Of a stretch of 64,000 bases of DNA, positions 48,340-60,309 are shown in pieces (position 1 is the stretch's first letter; each line of letters begins with the position of its first letter). Where the stretch lies: positions 960,001-1,024,000 of the forward strand of contig OZ253375.1 of assembly GCA_965261005.1 (NCBI GenBank), given 5' to 3'. The position numbers and the translations under genes are program-made. The stretch comes from Deinococcus sp. (lineage in GTDB: Bacteria; Deinococcota; Deinococci; Deinococcales; Deinococcaceae). The notes under the pieces were generated by a model. It saw only the letters and a program-made list of their open reading frames with translations. It had not been told where the DNA came from and searched no databases.

Positions 48340-50011
48340 GAAGCAGGCGGTGGGCGCCCTGGAGGCGGCGGCGGACGTGCTGGAGCTGCTGGGCGAGGAG
48401 GGCTTCCGGGTGAACGCTTTCCGGGCGGCGGCGCGCGCCCTGGAGAACCTCGGGGAACCCTTCGAGGACGTGCTGGCGCGTGGCTTTCGCGGCGTGCCCA
48501 AGATCGGCGGCACGCTCGGCGAGGAGCTGCGCGAGTTCGCGCGGACGGGCGCGCTGCCCAGCTACCGAGCGGCGGCCGAGCAACTGCCCCCCGGCGTGCT
48601 GGGGCTGTTCCGGGTGCGCGGCCTGGGGCCGAAGAAGATCCGCCTGTTGTGGCTCTCGGGGATCGCCTCTTTAGAAGAACTGCGCGAGGCGTGTCTGGAC
48701 GGCCGGGTGGCCGCTATTAAGGGCTTCGGCGCGAAAAGCCAGGCGACCATTTTGGAGAACGTCGAGTTCGCCCTTTCGGCGCAGGGGCGCTTCCGTTTGG
48801 GGGTCGCTTATGGGGTTGCGGATCAGGTGACGCGGGCGCTGGAGGGGTTGGAGCCGCGCCTTGCGGGCAGCCTGCGGCGCGGTCTGGAGACGGTGGGCGA
48901 CGTGGATTTGACGGTCACCGGCACGCGGGAAGAGGTGTGGGGCCGCTTGGAGGGGTTGCTCGAAGACCTGGGGCACGCCGAGTACCCGGCTTGGCGCGGC
49001 ACGCTGAGCGGCGTTCCAATCGAGGTCGGCTACGGCACGGCCGAGACGCGCGGCGCCGTGGACCTGACCTTTGCGGGCGGCGCCTACAGGGACGTGGTGC
49101 TGGGAAAGGCGACCGAGCAGGGCCTGACGCTCGACTCGGCCGGCCTCAGAAGAGAAAACGAGGTGCTGCCCACCCCCAGCGAGCGCGACGTGTTCGCCGT
49201 TCTGAAACTCCCCGACCGCCCGCCCGAGTACCGCGAGACGGAGCACCTCGGCTTGGACGATCTGCCGCCCGAAGAGGATTTGATTCGTGAAGGCGACATC
49301 CTGGGCCTGCTGCACACCCACAGCACTTGGTCGGACGGCGGGGCCAGCATTCGAGAGATGGCGGGGGCGGCGCGCGATTTGGGTCAGTACCTGGGGACGG
49401 GGGACCACTCGGGCAACGCCTTTTACGCGAACGGCCTGAACGCCGAACGGCTGCACGCCCAGTTGCGCGAGGTGCGCGCCCTCCAGGCGGAGGGGCTGCC
49501 CCTGATCGCCGGGGCCGAGGTGGACATTCTGGAGGACGGCACGCTCGACTACCCGGACGAGCTGCTCGCGGAACTCGACTACGTGGTCGCCAGCGTCCAC
49601 AGCCACTTCAATCTGGACCCCGCGCGGCAAACGGAGCGCCTGATTCGGGCCGTCTCGCACCCGCTGATCACCATTCTGGGCCACCCGACGGGAAGGCTGC
49701 TGCTGCGCCGTCCGCCCTACGCCTTTGACTTGGACGCCGTGCTGGAAGCCGCCTTTGAGCGCAGCACGGTGGTCGAGATCAACGCCAACCCCGCGCGGCT
49801 CGACCTCGATTGGCGCGGCGCCCTGCGCTGGAGAAGCCAGCTCAAGTTCGCCGTCAACACCGACGCCCACGTTCCGGCGGGCCTGGGCGACGTGCGCTTC
49901 GGCGTGGCGGTGGCGCGCAAGGCGGGGCTGACAAAGGCGGACGTGGTGAACAGTCTGGACCGCCAAGCTTTTCTGGACTTCGTGCGGGAACAGCGCGCCA
50001 GACGTTTATGA
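48332..50011 (+). CDS. polX: DNA polymerase X with PHP domain
   Basis: HhH GLGPKK, GSLRRGLETVGDVD, PHP motifs HTHSTWSDG, DHS, GHPTGR, NTDAH. Confidence 0.93.
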   Translation: MDKKQAVGALEAAADVLELLGEEGFRVNAFRAAARALENLGEPFEDVLARGFRGVPKIGGTLGEELREFARTGALPSYRAAAEQLPPGVLGLFRVRGLGPKKIRLLWLSGIASLEELREACLDGRVAAIKGFGAKSQATILENVEFALSAQGRFRLGVAYGVADQVTRALEGLEPRLAGSLRRGLETVGDVDLTVTGTREEVWGRLEGLLEDLGHAEYPAWRGTLSGVPIEVGYGTAETRGAVDLTFAGGAYRDVVLGKATEQGLTLDSAGLRRENEVLPTPSERDVFAVLKLPDRPPEYRETEHLGLDDLPPEEDLIREGDILGLLHTHSTWSDGGASIREMAGAARDLGQYLGTGDHSGNAFYANGLNAERLHAQLREVRALQAEGLPLIAGAEVDILEDGTLDYPDELLAELDYVVASVHSHFNLDPARQTERLIRAVSHPLITILGHPTGRLLLRRPPYAFDLDAVLEAAFERSTVVEINANPARLDLDWRGALRWRSQLKFAVNTDAHVPAGLGDVRFGVAVARKAGLTKADVVNSLDRQAFLDFVREQRARRL

Positions 50012-50141
50012 ACCGGGTCGTTTGTGAACGGGGCGTTCTTCACACGCCGTGCTACACTTTCGGACGTCCAAACGATTTAAAAAAGTAGAGAGGTTGGCGA
50101 GCGAGCATCGAAATGCGCTTGTCTTTCCAGAGGAGGAATCC

Positions 50142-51302
50142 ATGAAACGCAACCTCGCCTTCGCTTTGTCTCTGGGGTTGATGGGCGGCGCCCTCGCGCA
50201 ACAGGTCGGCTCCCCCGTACACATCGGGATCGCCGTCGCGCAGACCAGCAACGTCGCGCTGCTGGGCCAGGAAGAGGTGATCGGCGCCAAGCTGGCCGAG
50301 AAAATCATCAATTCGCAGGGCGGCGTCAACGGCATGCCCATTCAATTGGTGTTTCAGGACACCGGCGGCGACGAGGCCGGGGCCATCAACGCCTTTCAGA
50401 ATTTGATCAACAAGGGGAACGTGGTCGGCATTGTGGGGCCGACGCTCTCGCAGCAGGCCTTCAGTGCCGATCCCATCGCCGACCGCGCCAAGGTGCCCGT
50501 GCTCGGCCCGAGCAACACCGCCAAGGGCATTCCGCAGATCGGCGACTACATCGCGCGGGTGTCGGCGCCGGTGGCGGTGGTGGCGCCCAACGCTGTTCGG
50601 GAAGCCCTCAGGCAGAACCCCAAGATCAAGCGCGTGGCGGTTGCCTACGCCCAAAACGACGCCTTTTCCACCTCTGAGACCGGCACCTTTCAGCAGACCG
50701 CCAAGGATCAGGGCCTCGACGTGGTGACGGTGCAGAAGTTCCAAACGACCGACACCGACTTCACCACCCAGGTGACCAGCATTCTGGGCGCGAGCGCCGA
50801 CCTCGTGATCGTGTCGGGCTTGGCGGCGGACGGCGGCAACCTGGTCAAGCAGCTGCGCCAGCTCGGCTACAAGGGCGCTATTATCGGCGGCAACGGCCTG
50901 AACACCTCCAACATCTTTCCGGTGTGCGGCCAGTACTGTGACGGCATCCTGATCGCGCAGGCCTACAGCCCGGCCAACAGCGGCAGCGTGAACCAGCTCT
51001 TCGTCAAACAGTACCGCGACCAGTACAAAAAGGACCCGCCCCAGTTCGCCGCGCAGGCCTTTACCGGCGTGCAGGTGATGGTGGACGCCCTCAAGCGCAT
51101 TGACGCCAAGAAGAAGCTGAACACCTGGGACTTGCCCGCCCTGCGCACAGAGCTGAACAAACAGATTCTGGCCGGCAGCTACAAGACGCCCCTCGGCCAG
51201 ATCAGCTTCGACAAAGAGGGCGAACTCAACCAAAAGAACTTCTACGTCGCGCAGATCAAGATGAAGGACGCCAAGACCGGCTCCTTCGTGTTCGTGAAGT
51301 AG
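50142..51302 (+). CDS. livK: branched-chain amino acid ABC transporter substrate-binding protein
   Basis: Signal peptide, INSQGGVNG, VGPTLS; first gene of the liv operon; GGAGG RBS. Confidence 0.88.
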   Translation: MKRNLAFALSLGLMGGALAQQVGSPVHIGIAVAQTSNVALLGQEEVIGAKLAEKIINSQGGVNGMPIQLVFQDTGGDEAGAINAFQNLINKGNVVGIVGPTLSQQAFSADPIADRAKVPVLGPSNTAKGIPQIGDYIARVSAPVAVVAPNAVREALRQNPKIKRVAVAYAQNDAFSTSETGTFQQTAKDQGLDVVTVQKFQTTDTDFTTQVTSILGASADLVIVSGLAADGGNLVKQLRQLGYKGAIIGGNGLNTSNIFPVCGQYCDGILIAQAYSPANSGSVNQLFVKQYRDQYKKDPPQFAAQAFTGVQVMVDALKRIDAKKKLNTWDLPALRTELNKQILAGSYKTPLGQISFDKEGELNQKNFYVAQIKMKDAKTGSFVFVK

Positions 51303-51321
51303 GCCAAAAAAGGTCGAGCCT

Positions 51322-51352
51322 GGGGGAAGACGCGCGTCTTCCCCCGTTTTTT
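51322..51352 (+). terminator. hairpin between livK and livH
   Basis: GGGGGAAGAC-gcgc-GTCTTCCCCC followed by a T-run. Confidence 0.75.
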
Positions 51353-51395
51353 GGTAAACGTCCCTTGCCGAATGTCCCTGATCGAAAGGCGCCTT

Positions 51396-52370
51396 ATGAC
51401 CTTGGCCGAATTTGTACAAAACGTGCTGAACGGGGTCTCGATTGGCAGCGTGTACGCCATCTTCGCCCTCGGCTACACGCTGATCTTCTCAATTCTGGGC
51501 ATCATCAACTTCGCGCACGGGGCGGTCTTCACGCTGGGCGCCTACTTCACCTACAGCTTGGTGGTGGGGCAGTTCGGCATCAACGGCCTCTTAAAAAACA
51601 TCAACCTGTTTCCGGGCGGCTCCCCCTTCGGCGGGTCGGCGCTGAAGTTCGCGCTGGCGGCCCTGCTCGGCTCGGCGCTGGCGGGCCTGGTCGGCGTTTT
51701 GATCGAGCGGCTGGCCTTTCGGCCGCTGCGCGCCCGGCGCGCCGATCCGCTGCTGGCGCTGGTCAGCAGCCTGGGCGTCGCGCTGGTGCTGGTGAACCTG
51801 ATTCAGTATCTGGTCGGCGCCGAAATCTACTCGTTTCCGGGGGATATCTACGGCGACGTGAGGCCCGCCGTGATCTTCCATTTGGGCGACAAGCTGATCG
51901 TCATTCGCACGGTGCAGATCATCATCTTCGCGGTCAGCGTGGTCATGCTGCTGATCCTGGGCTACCTGATCAGCCGGACCAAGGTGGGCAAGGCTTTGCG
52001 CGCGGTGGCCGAGAACCCGACCACCGCCAGCCTGCTGGGCATCAGCGTGGACCGCTTCATCTTGTACACCTTCTTTCTGTCGGGCTTTCTGGGCGGCCTC
52101 GCGGGCACCTTGGTGGGCACCTCCTTCGGGGTCGCCGGGCCGTACTTCGGCGTGACCTACGGCCTCAAGGGGCTGGCCGTGATCGTGCTGGGCGGCCTGG
52201 GCAGCATTCCGGGGGCGGTGGTGGGCGGCCTGGTGATCGGCCTGGCGGAGGCCTTCGTGCCGGGCGACTACAGCGCCTACAAAGAGGCGGTCGCCTTCGC
52301 GCTGCTGTTCCTGATCCTGCTGGTGCGCCCGCAGGGGCTGCTGGGCCGCCCGCTGGTGCAGAAGGTCTGA
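51396..52370 (+). CDS. livH: branched-chain amino acid ABC permease
   Basis: GSVYAIFALGYTLIFSILGIINFAHG, VLGGLGSIPGA, RPQGLLG. Confidence 0.92.
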   Translation: MTLAEFVQNVLNGVSIGSVYAIFALGYTLIFSILGIINFAHGAVFTLGAYFTYSLVVGQFGINGLLKNINLFPGGSPFGGSALKFALAALLGSALAGLVGVLIERLAFRPLRARRADPLLALVSSLGVALVLVNLIQYLVGAEIYSFPGDIYGDVRPAVIFHLGDKLIVIRTVQIIIFAVSVVMLLILGYLISRTKVGKALRAVAENPTTASLLGISVDRFILYTFFLSGFLGGLAGTLVGTSFGVAGPYFGVTYGLKGLAVIVLGGLGSIPGAVVGGLVIGLAEAFVPGDYSAYKEAVAFALLFLILLVRPQGLLGRPLVQKV

Positions 52371-52371
52371 T

Positions 52372-53282
<911 letters not shown>

Positions 53283-53286
<4 letters not shown>

Positions 53287-54056
53287 CGGCCGTGCTGGAG
53301 GCGCCCGTCCTCTCCGCGCGCGGTCTGACCCGGCGCTTCGGCGGCCTGGTGGCGGTGAATGACGTCTCCTTCGAGGTGAACGCGGGGGAAATCTTCGGCC
53401 TGATCGGCCCCAACGGCGCGGGCAAGACGACCCTCTTTAACCTGATGACCGGCCTGACCCCGCCCTCAAGTGGCCGGCTGCTGTACGGGGAGCGCGACGT
53501 GACCGGCCTGGCGCCGCACAAGGTCGCGCGGCTCGGCCTGGGGCGCACCTTTCAGAACATCCGCCTGTTCCGCGCCCTCAGCGCCCTGGAGAACGTCAAG
53601 ATCGCCCAGCACACCCGCACCCACGCCGAACTCTTCGCCAGCGTCTTCGGCGCGGCGCGGGGGGAGGAAAAGCGGGTGGAGGCCCGCGCTTGGGACCTGC
53701 TGGAGCTGGTGGGCCTCGCTGACCGCGCCCACGAGGACGCCGAGAACTTCAGCTACGGCGACCAGCGCCGCTTGGAGATCGCGCGGGCGCTGGCCCTCGA
53801 ACCGAGGGTGCTGCTGCTCGACGAGCCGGCGGCGGGCATGAACAGCGCCGAGAAGCACGCCCTGACCGAGTTCATCCGCGAGGTGCGCGGGCGCTTCGAC
53901 CTCACCATCATGCTGATCGAACACCACGTCCCCCTGGTGATGAACTTGTGCGACCGCGTCGCGGTCCTCAACTTCGGCCAGCTGATCGCCGTGGGCGACC
54001 CAGCGGGCGTGCAGCGCGACCCCAAGGTGATCGAGGCGTACCTGGGGGCCGAGTAA
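53283..54056 (+). CDS. livG: branched-chain amino acid ABC ATP-binding protein
   Basis: [36 protein letters not shown]. Confidence 0.94.
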
Positions 54057-54057
54057 G

Positions 54058-54771
54058 ATGCCACTCTTAGAGATCGAAAACCTCTCCGTCAACTACGGCG
54101 CCATTCAGGCGGTGCGCGATTTGAGCCTCTTCGTCGAGGAGGGCGAGACCGTCACCCTGATCGGCGCCAACGGGGCGGGCAAGACGACCACGCTGCGGGC
54201 GGTGTCGCGCCTCCTCAAGCCCCGCGCGGGAACGCTGCGCTTCGCCGGAAAGGACATCCTGCGCGCCTCCCCCGACGAGGTGGTGCGCCTGGGCGTCGCG
54301 CAGAGTCCCGAGGGGCGGCAGGTGCTGGCGCGGCAGTCCATCGAGGATAATTTGGAGCTGGGCGCCTACGTGCGCGGCGACCGCGCGGGGGTTTTGCAGG
54401 ACATCAAGCGCATGTACGAGCGCTTTCCCCGCTTGGGCGAGCGGCGGGGTCAGTTGGCGGGCACCCTCTCCGGGGGCGAGCAGCAGATGCTCGCCATCGC
54501 CCGCGCGCTGATGAGCCGCCCCAAGCTGCTGCTGCTCGACGAGCCGAGCTTGGGCCTGGCGCCCCTGATCGTGCTGGAAATCTTCGGCATCGTGCGCGAG
54601 CTGGGCGAAGGGGGCACGACCATTCTGCTGGTCGAGCAGAACGCCCGCCTCGCCATGCAGAACAGCCACCGCACCTACGTGCTGGAGGCCGGCCAGATTA
54701 CCTTCAGCGGCCCCTCGGCGGAGTTGATTCACGACCAGCGGGTGTTGCAGGCATATTTGGGCGGGGGCTAG
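54058..54771 (+). CDS. livF: branched-chain amino acid ABC ATP-binding protein
   Basis: GANGAGKTT, PEGR, LSGGEQQMLAI, DEPSLGLAP. Confidence 0.94.
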   Translation: MPLLEIENLSVNYGAIQAVRDLSLFVEEGETVTLIGANGAGKTTTLRAVSRLLKPRAGTLRFAGKDILRASPDEVVRLGVAQSPEGRQVLARQSIEDNLELGAYVRGDRAGVLQDIKRMYERFPRLGERRGQLAGTLSGGEQQMLAIARALMSRPKLLLLDEPSLGLAPLIVLEIFGIVRELGEGGTTILLVEQNARLAMQNSHRTYVLEAGQITFSGPSAELIHDQRVLQAYLGGG

Positions 54772-54827
54772 GTACCCCCCTTGTCATCACCCAAACCGCC
54801 ACAAAGGGAAGAATCACTGGGTTGTGT

Positions 54828-54848
54828 TGTTGGCAGAATTTGCTAACA
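54828..54848. promoter_or_regulatory. inverted repeat overlapping the promoter of the HTH-def operon
   Basis: TGTTGGCA-GAATT-TGCTAACA; right arm overlaps a TAACAT -10 element 7 nt before the ATG at 54857. Confidence 0.55.
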
Positions 54849-54856
54849 TTCTAGGC

Positions 54857-55060
54857 ATGACTCCAGAATTACGTGTTGCCCTTCGCACCTACCTCAAACA
54901 ACATCAGATCAGCCAAGCTGACTTGGCTGATCAAATCGGCACTGACCGCCACACCATCAACCGCGCGCTCGGTCACAACGGGAAAGTTCCAGTAATCTGG
55001 CAGCAGATGCTTGATGCTCTCGGGCTTGAGCTTGTTCTTCAAGTCAAGAAAGCGGCATGA
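54857..55060 (+). CDS. small XRE/Cro-like HTH protein
   Basis: ISQADLADQIGTDRHTINRAL HTH; C-terminal LDALGLELVL. Confidence 0.8.
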   Translation: MTPELRVALRTYLKQHQISQADLADQIGTDRHTINRALGHNGKVPVIWQQMLDALGLELVLQVKKAA

Positions 55061-55677
55061 CCTCGCCCACCATTTATCCAATACGGATGTATGGCGACCC
55101 CATTCTCCGCAGAAAAGCTAAAGCTGTCTCAGAGACGGCTTATCACGTTCCGGGATTCTCCGAAGTTACCCTTCCTGAATTAGCCCGCAATATGCTGGAA
55201 TCCATGTACGTCGATCATGGTGTTGGACTGGCGGCTCCGCAGATCGGTCTATCTATTCGGATGTTTGTTGCTGCCGAATATCATGATGATCTTCCCGAGG
55301 GTACGCCCCTAAAAGCCCGTGTATTACGTGAATTTGTCATAATTAATCCTCAAATTGAAATCCTGGATGCTCGTCTCGAAGCCAAATATCAAGACGGATG
55401 CCTTTCCATTCCGCAGGTCTACGAGGACGGCGTGAAACGAGAACGAGCGGTCAAGGTGACATATCACGACGAATTGGGAAAAAAGCACGTCATTGAAGCC
55501 GACGACTACTTTGCGAGGGTTTTGCAGCACGAATACGAGCACTTGGATGGGAAACTCTTTTTTGATCGCCTGAACAACAATTTTGTTGAACGGCACCGAG
55601 ATTACCTGAGCCAGCTTCAAAGAGAGGCTCAGCAGTATTTGAGGTATTTGAACCAGAAGGGCCAGCAGCGGAAATGA
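55057..55677 (+). CDS. def: peptide deformylase (motif-variant, AT-richer than flanks)
   Basis: GDPILR, GVGLAAPQIG, INP, DGCLS, QHEYEHLDG. Confidence 0.88.
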   Translation: MTSPTIYPIRMYGDPILRRKAKAVSETAYHVPGFSEVTLPELARNMLESMYVDHGVGLAAPQIGLSIRMFVAAEYHDDLPEGTPLKARVLREFVIINPQIEILDARLEAKYQDGCLSIPQVYEDGVKRERAVKVTYHDELGKKHVIEADDYFARVLQHEYEHLDGKLFFDRLNNNFVERHRDYLSQLQREAQQYLRYLNQKGQQRK

Positions 55678-55690
55678 GCTTCACGGGAGA

Positions 55691-55901
55691 ACCCCGTATA
55701 GGGGTTGACTGGGGTGGTAGAGACGGTAAAGGGACAGGTGTCATGGCCCGCCCCGATATGACTTTACGCTCCGTTCCAGACGCCGTGCAACGCCTCTGTG
55801 CCTGGATCGCCCCCCAACTGCCGCCGAAGTACGTCCACCAGAACGAAAAGATCAGTGACGCCGAGTTGGTCGCCGTCGCCGTGCTGCGCGTGCTGCACAA
55901 G
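55691..55901 (+). mobile_element. truncated IS982-like element (left end plus transposase N-terminus from 55743)
   Basis: ACCCCGTATAGG end; MARPD...NEKISDAELVAVAVLRVLHK resembles IS982 transposase starts and breaks off abruptly. Confidence 0.7.
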
Positions 55902-55903
55902 GG

Positions 55904-56110
55904 ATCGCGTGGGGTCTGTTCTCCGGCGAGAGCCGCGGGGTGTTCCGGGCCGCGCTCGGGGTTGATGACGCGACCTGGGCGCGGGGCCGGGGTCACGCCT
56001 TGTCTCAGGCGCTGATCTTCATTCCCTACTACCTGGACACCAACCCGGTGGGGGTGAGGAACGCCCGGCACATGCTCGGGGAAGTTTTGGCCGAGCATCA
56101 ACAGGGTTAG
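55904..56110 (+). pseudogene. 3' remnant of an aminoglycoside phosphotransferase (APH)-family gene
   Basis: Manual translation IAWGLFSGESRGVFRAALGVDDATWARGRGHALSQALIFIPYYLDTNP...EVLAEHQQG*. Confidence 0.72.
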
Positions 56111-56583
56111 CCTTTAAGCCGCGTTTCAAACGGCAGCGGCAGGATGCGCGTGACTGTGGCCTCGCGCGCCAGGGGATGCAGGGGGTTGAACACCAGGTTG
56201 TGCTCGTCGCGCTCCACCTCCAGCGGCACCAGGGCGCTGGGCACCCGCAGGGCCAGGTTGCCGCGCCCCGCCAGCCAGGCGTCCCCGAGTTGCATGGTCG
56301 CCTGGACGCGCTGCGGGGCGTTCCAACCCGGCGGCAGGTCGGCGAGGTCGAGGGAATCAAGGCCGCCTCTGGGCAGCTCGACGCGCATCAGGTGGTAATC
56401 CCGCGCGACCAGGTCCTCGGCGGTGGTGTTCGCCAGGACTTCGAGCATGGCGAGGCTGGGCAGCGAGGCCAGGTAAACGACGGGGTGGCCCTTGCTGTGC
56501 CAGCGTCCGCCGGAGCGCATCCCGCCGCCCCCGCTCATGGCGCGCGCGGGGTCGCTGCCGGGAACAATCCGCCAAGCGCTCAC
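56107..56583 (-). CDS. RES-domain toxin (start uncertain)
   Basis: SGGGG...GGRWHSKG.PVVYLA...LAMLE, LRVPSALVP, NLVFNPLH. Confidence 0.9.
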   Translation of the reverse strand: MSAWRIVPGSDPARAMSGGGGMRSGGRWHSKGHPVVYLASLPSLAMLEVLANTTAEDLVARDYHLMRVELPRGGLDSLDLADLPPGWNAPQRVQATMQLGDAWLAGRGNLALRVPSALVPLEVERDEHNLVFNPLHPLAREATVTRILPLPFETRLKG

Positions 56584-56602
56584 GGGTCCAGATGAAGCGG
56601 GA

Positions 56603-57028
56603 TCAGACAAAGATACCCTCCTCAAGGGCGGCGATCAGCTCGATCACGGCCTCTGCGCCGATGTCGGTGCGGGCGTACTCCAGCGGCGTGTGGCCGTTCA
56701 GGGCGGGCCAGCGGGCGCTCAACCAAGCGTTGCCGCGCTCGCGGCCGAAGGAGTCGTGGGCGCGCTCGACCACGCGGGCGAGGCGCGCGGCGCGCTCGCC
56801 CTCCTCGGCGCTGAGGCGCCCTCCCGGCAGGCGACGCGCGTAGGTGCGCGGGCTGACGCCGATCAGGCGCAGGGTCTCGTCGCGCGGCAGGTTGACGGCC
56901 CGAGACAAATGGTCTATGGCCGAGGTCGGCACCCCCCGCTCAAAGGCCGCGATGAGTTCGTCGGTCGTGCGCGCGGTCAGGCCCAGCAGATTCGCGCCGG
57001 GCGTGTAGCGTTCTTGGTGAGTTGTCAT
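56603..57028 (-). CDS. Xre/MbcA/ParS-type antitoxin
   Basis: IGVSPRTYARR HTH; WLSARWPALNGHTPLEYARTDIGA...LEEGIFV C-terminal domain. Confidence 0.92.
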   Translation of the reverse strand: MTTHQERYTPGANLLGLTARTTDELIAAFERGVPTSAIDHLSRAVNLPRDETLRLIGVSPRTYARRLPGGRLSAEEGERAARLARVVERAHDSFGRERGNAWLSARWPALNGHTPLEYARTDIGAEAVIELIAALEEGIFV

Positions 57029-57123
57029 AAAGAACCTTTCCGCCGTTTGGCGTCGTCTTATTTTGCCATATGGCAGCCAACTCCGTGTTCAAGCCGTCCC
57101 AAAAACGCGCTAGCATCTCGGCA

Positions 57124-57448
57124 GTGAACGGACACATCACCATTACCGAGGCGGCCCTGGCCTCCCTCATCGGACTGACGGCCCACGAGGTTCCCGGCGT
57201 GGTCGGCATGGCCCCGGCCACCTTCCGCGAGGGCATTCAAAAGGTGCTGGGGCGGGCACAGTCGCGCGAGGGCGTGGTGATCGCGCGCGAGGAGGGACGC
57301 TTCGCGGCCGACCTCTACGTCGTGGTCGCCTACGGCGTCAGCATCCCCACGGTGGCGCACAACATCGTCGAGCGGGTCGAGCACGCGACCAAGACGCTCG
57401 CGGGCGTGGACCTGACCCGCACCCGCGTCCACGCGGTGGGGGTGCGCC

Positions 57449-57456
<8 letters not shown>
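57124..57456 (+). CDS. Asp23/Gls24 family (YloU-like) protein
   Basis: ITITEAALASLIG, VPGVVGMA, VVVAYGVSIP; upstream of the DAK2 gene. Confidence 0.9.
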
Positions 57457-59014
<1,558 letters not shown>

Positions 59015-59016
59015 CT

Positions 59017-60300
59017 GTGATTGACCCACATGATGTTCCGGTGCCCACCGAGGTCGCCCCCGACGCCAAGCCTGCCCGGCGCGTCACCTGGGATTCTCGA
59101 CAGGTGGACTCACAGACCGCCTTCGCGGCCTTGATTGGCGAAAAGACGCACGGCAACCAATTCTTGCGCGAGGCCCTTTCAAAAGGCGCCCCCTTCGTGC
59201 TGACCGACCAGGACGTGCCCCGGGCGGTGCGGGTCAGGAGCGCGACCGCCGCCCTGCGCGCTTGGGGCCGCGCGGCGCGCGACAAGGCGGCGGCCCCGGT
59301 GGTCGGCATCACCGGCTCGGTGGGCAAGACGACCGCCAAGGCCCTGGTCACGGCGGCTGTAGCGGGGCGCTCGATGCCGGTGTTCAACACCCTGAACGCG
59401 CTGGCCTGCTTTCTGCTGGAGGAAAGCGAGGGGAGCGCCCCGCTGGTGCTGGAACTGGGCATCGACCGGGTGGGCGAGATGAGCGAGCTGATGGCCCTGA
59501 CCGCTCCCGACGTGGGCGTGGTGACGGCGGTGGGCGAGGCGCATCTGGAAGCTTTCGGCAATTTGAGCGTGACCGCCCGCGAAAAGGGGCTGGTGCTGAA
59601 TGCTCCCTTTGGCCTGGTGGGCCTTCAGGCGGGCAGGTGGTATCCCGGCGTGCCGACCTACGGCTTTGGGGACGCCGACTACGCGGGGAAGGATTTGGTG
59701 CTCTCCCCCGCCGGGGCCAGCTTCAGCTACCGGGGCGTGCCGGTGGATTTGCTGGGGGCGAGCGGAACGCGGGCCGAGGCCGCCGTGCTGGGCCTGGCGC
59801 TGGCGGAACATCTGGGCCTGGACTTGACGGCGGTGGCGCGGCGCTTGGCGGGTGCGGAGGTTCCAAAAGGGCGCTTCACGGTCCACCCCGGCCCCTTTAC
59901 CGTCATTGACGACGCCTACAACGCCAGCCCCCCCAGCGTGGCGGCGGCCCTGGACACGCTGGCGGCTTATCCGGGGCGCAAAATCGCGGTGCTGGGGCGC
60001 ATGCTGGAACTGGGACCCCGGGAGCGCGAGCTGCACGCGCGGGTCGGCGCCCACGCCCGCGCGGCGGCCGACCTCACCTTCGGGGTGGGCACCTACGCCG
60101 CCGAGCTGGGCGAGGCGGCCTACCCCGGCACGGGGGAGCTGCTGCCCGCCCTACTGGACGCCGTGCGGCCCGGAGACACCGTGCTGGTCAAGGCGTCGCG
60201 CGGCCTGAGCTGGTCCCCCGAGCGGCGCGCACATGAGGGGGTGGGCCTCGATAACGTGGTGGCGGCCCTCTTAAAGGCGCAGGGCGATTTGGTGATATGA
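59017..60300 (+). CDS. murF: UDP-MurNAc-tripeptide--D-Ala-D-Ala ligase
   Basis: DSR, GITGSVGKTT, DDAYNASP, LGRMLELG, LVKASR. Confidence 0.92.
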   Translation: MIDPHDVPVPTEVAPDAKPARRVTWDSRQVDSQTAFAALIGEKTHGNQFLREALSKGAPFVLTDQDVPRAVRVRSATAALRAWGRAARDKAAAPVVGITGSVGKTTAKALVTAAVAGRSMPVFNTLNALACFLLEESEGSAPLVLELGIDRVGEMSELMALTAPDVGVVTAVGEAHLEAFGNLSVTAREKGLVLNAPFGLVGLQAGRWYPGVPTYGFGDADYAGKDLVLSPAGASFSYRGVPVDLLGASGTRAEAAVLGLALAEHLGLDLTAVARRLAGAEVPKGRFTVHPGPFTVIDDAYNASPPSVAAALDTLAAYPGRKIAVLGRMLELGPRERELHARVGAHARAAADLTFGVGTYAAELGEAAYPGTGELLPALLDAVRPGDTVLVKASRGLSWSPERRAHEGVGLDNVVAALLKAQGDLVI

Positions 60301-60309
60301 ATCGGTCTT

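Noticed and set aside
55674..56015. 113-aa ORF after def as a real gene
   Set aside because: Chimera of an IS982 fragment and an out-of-frame APH remnant
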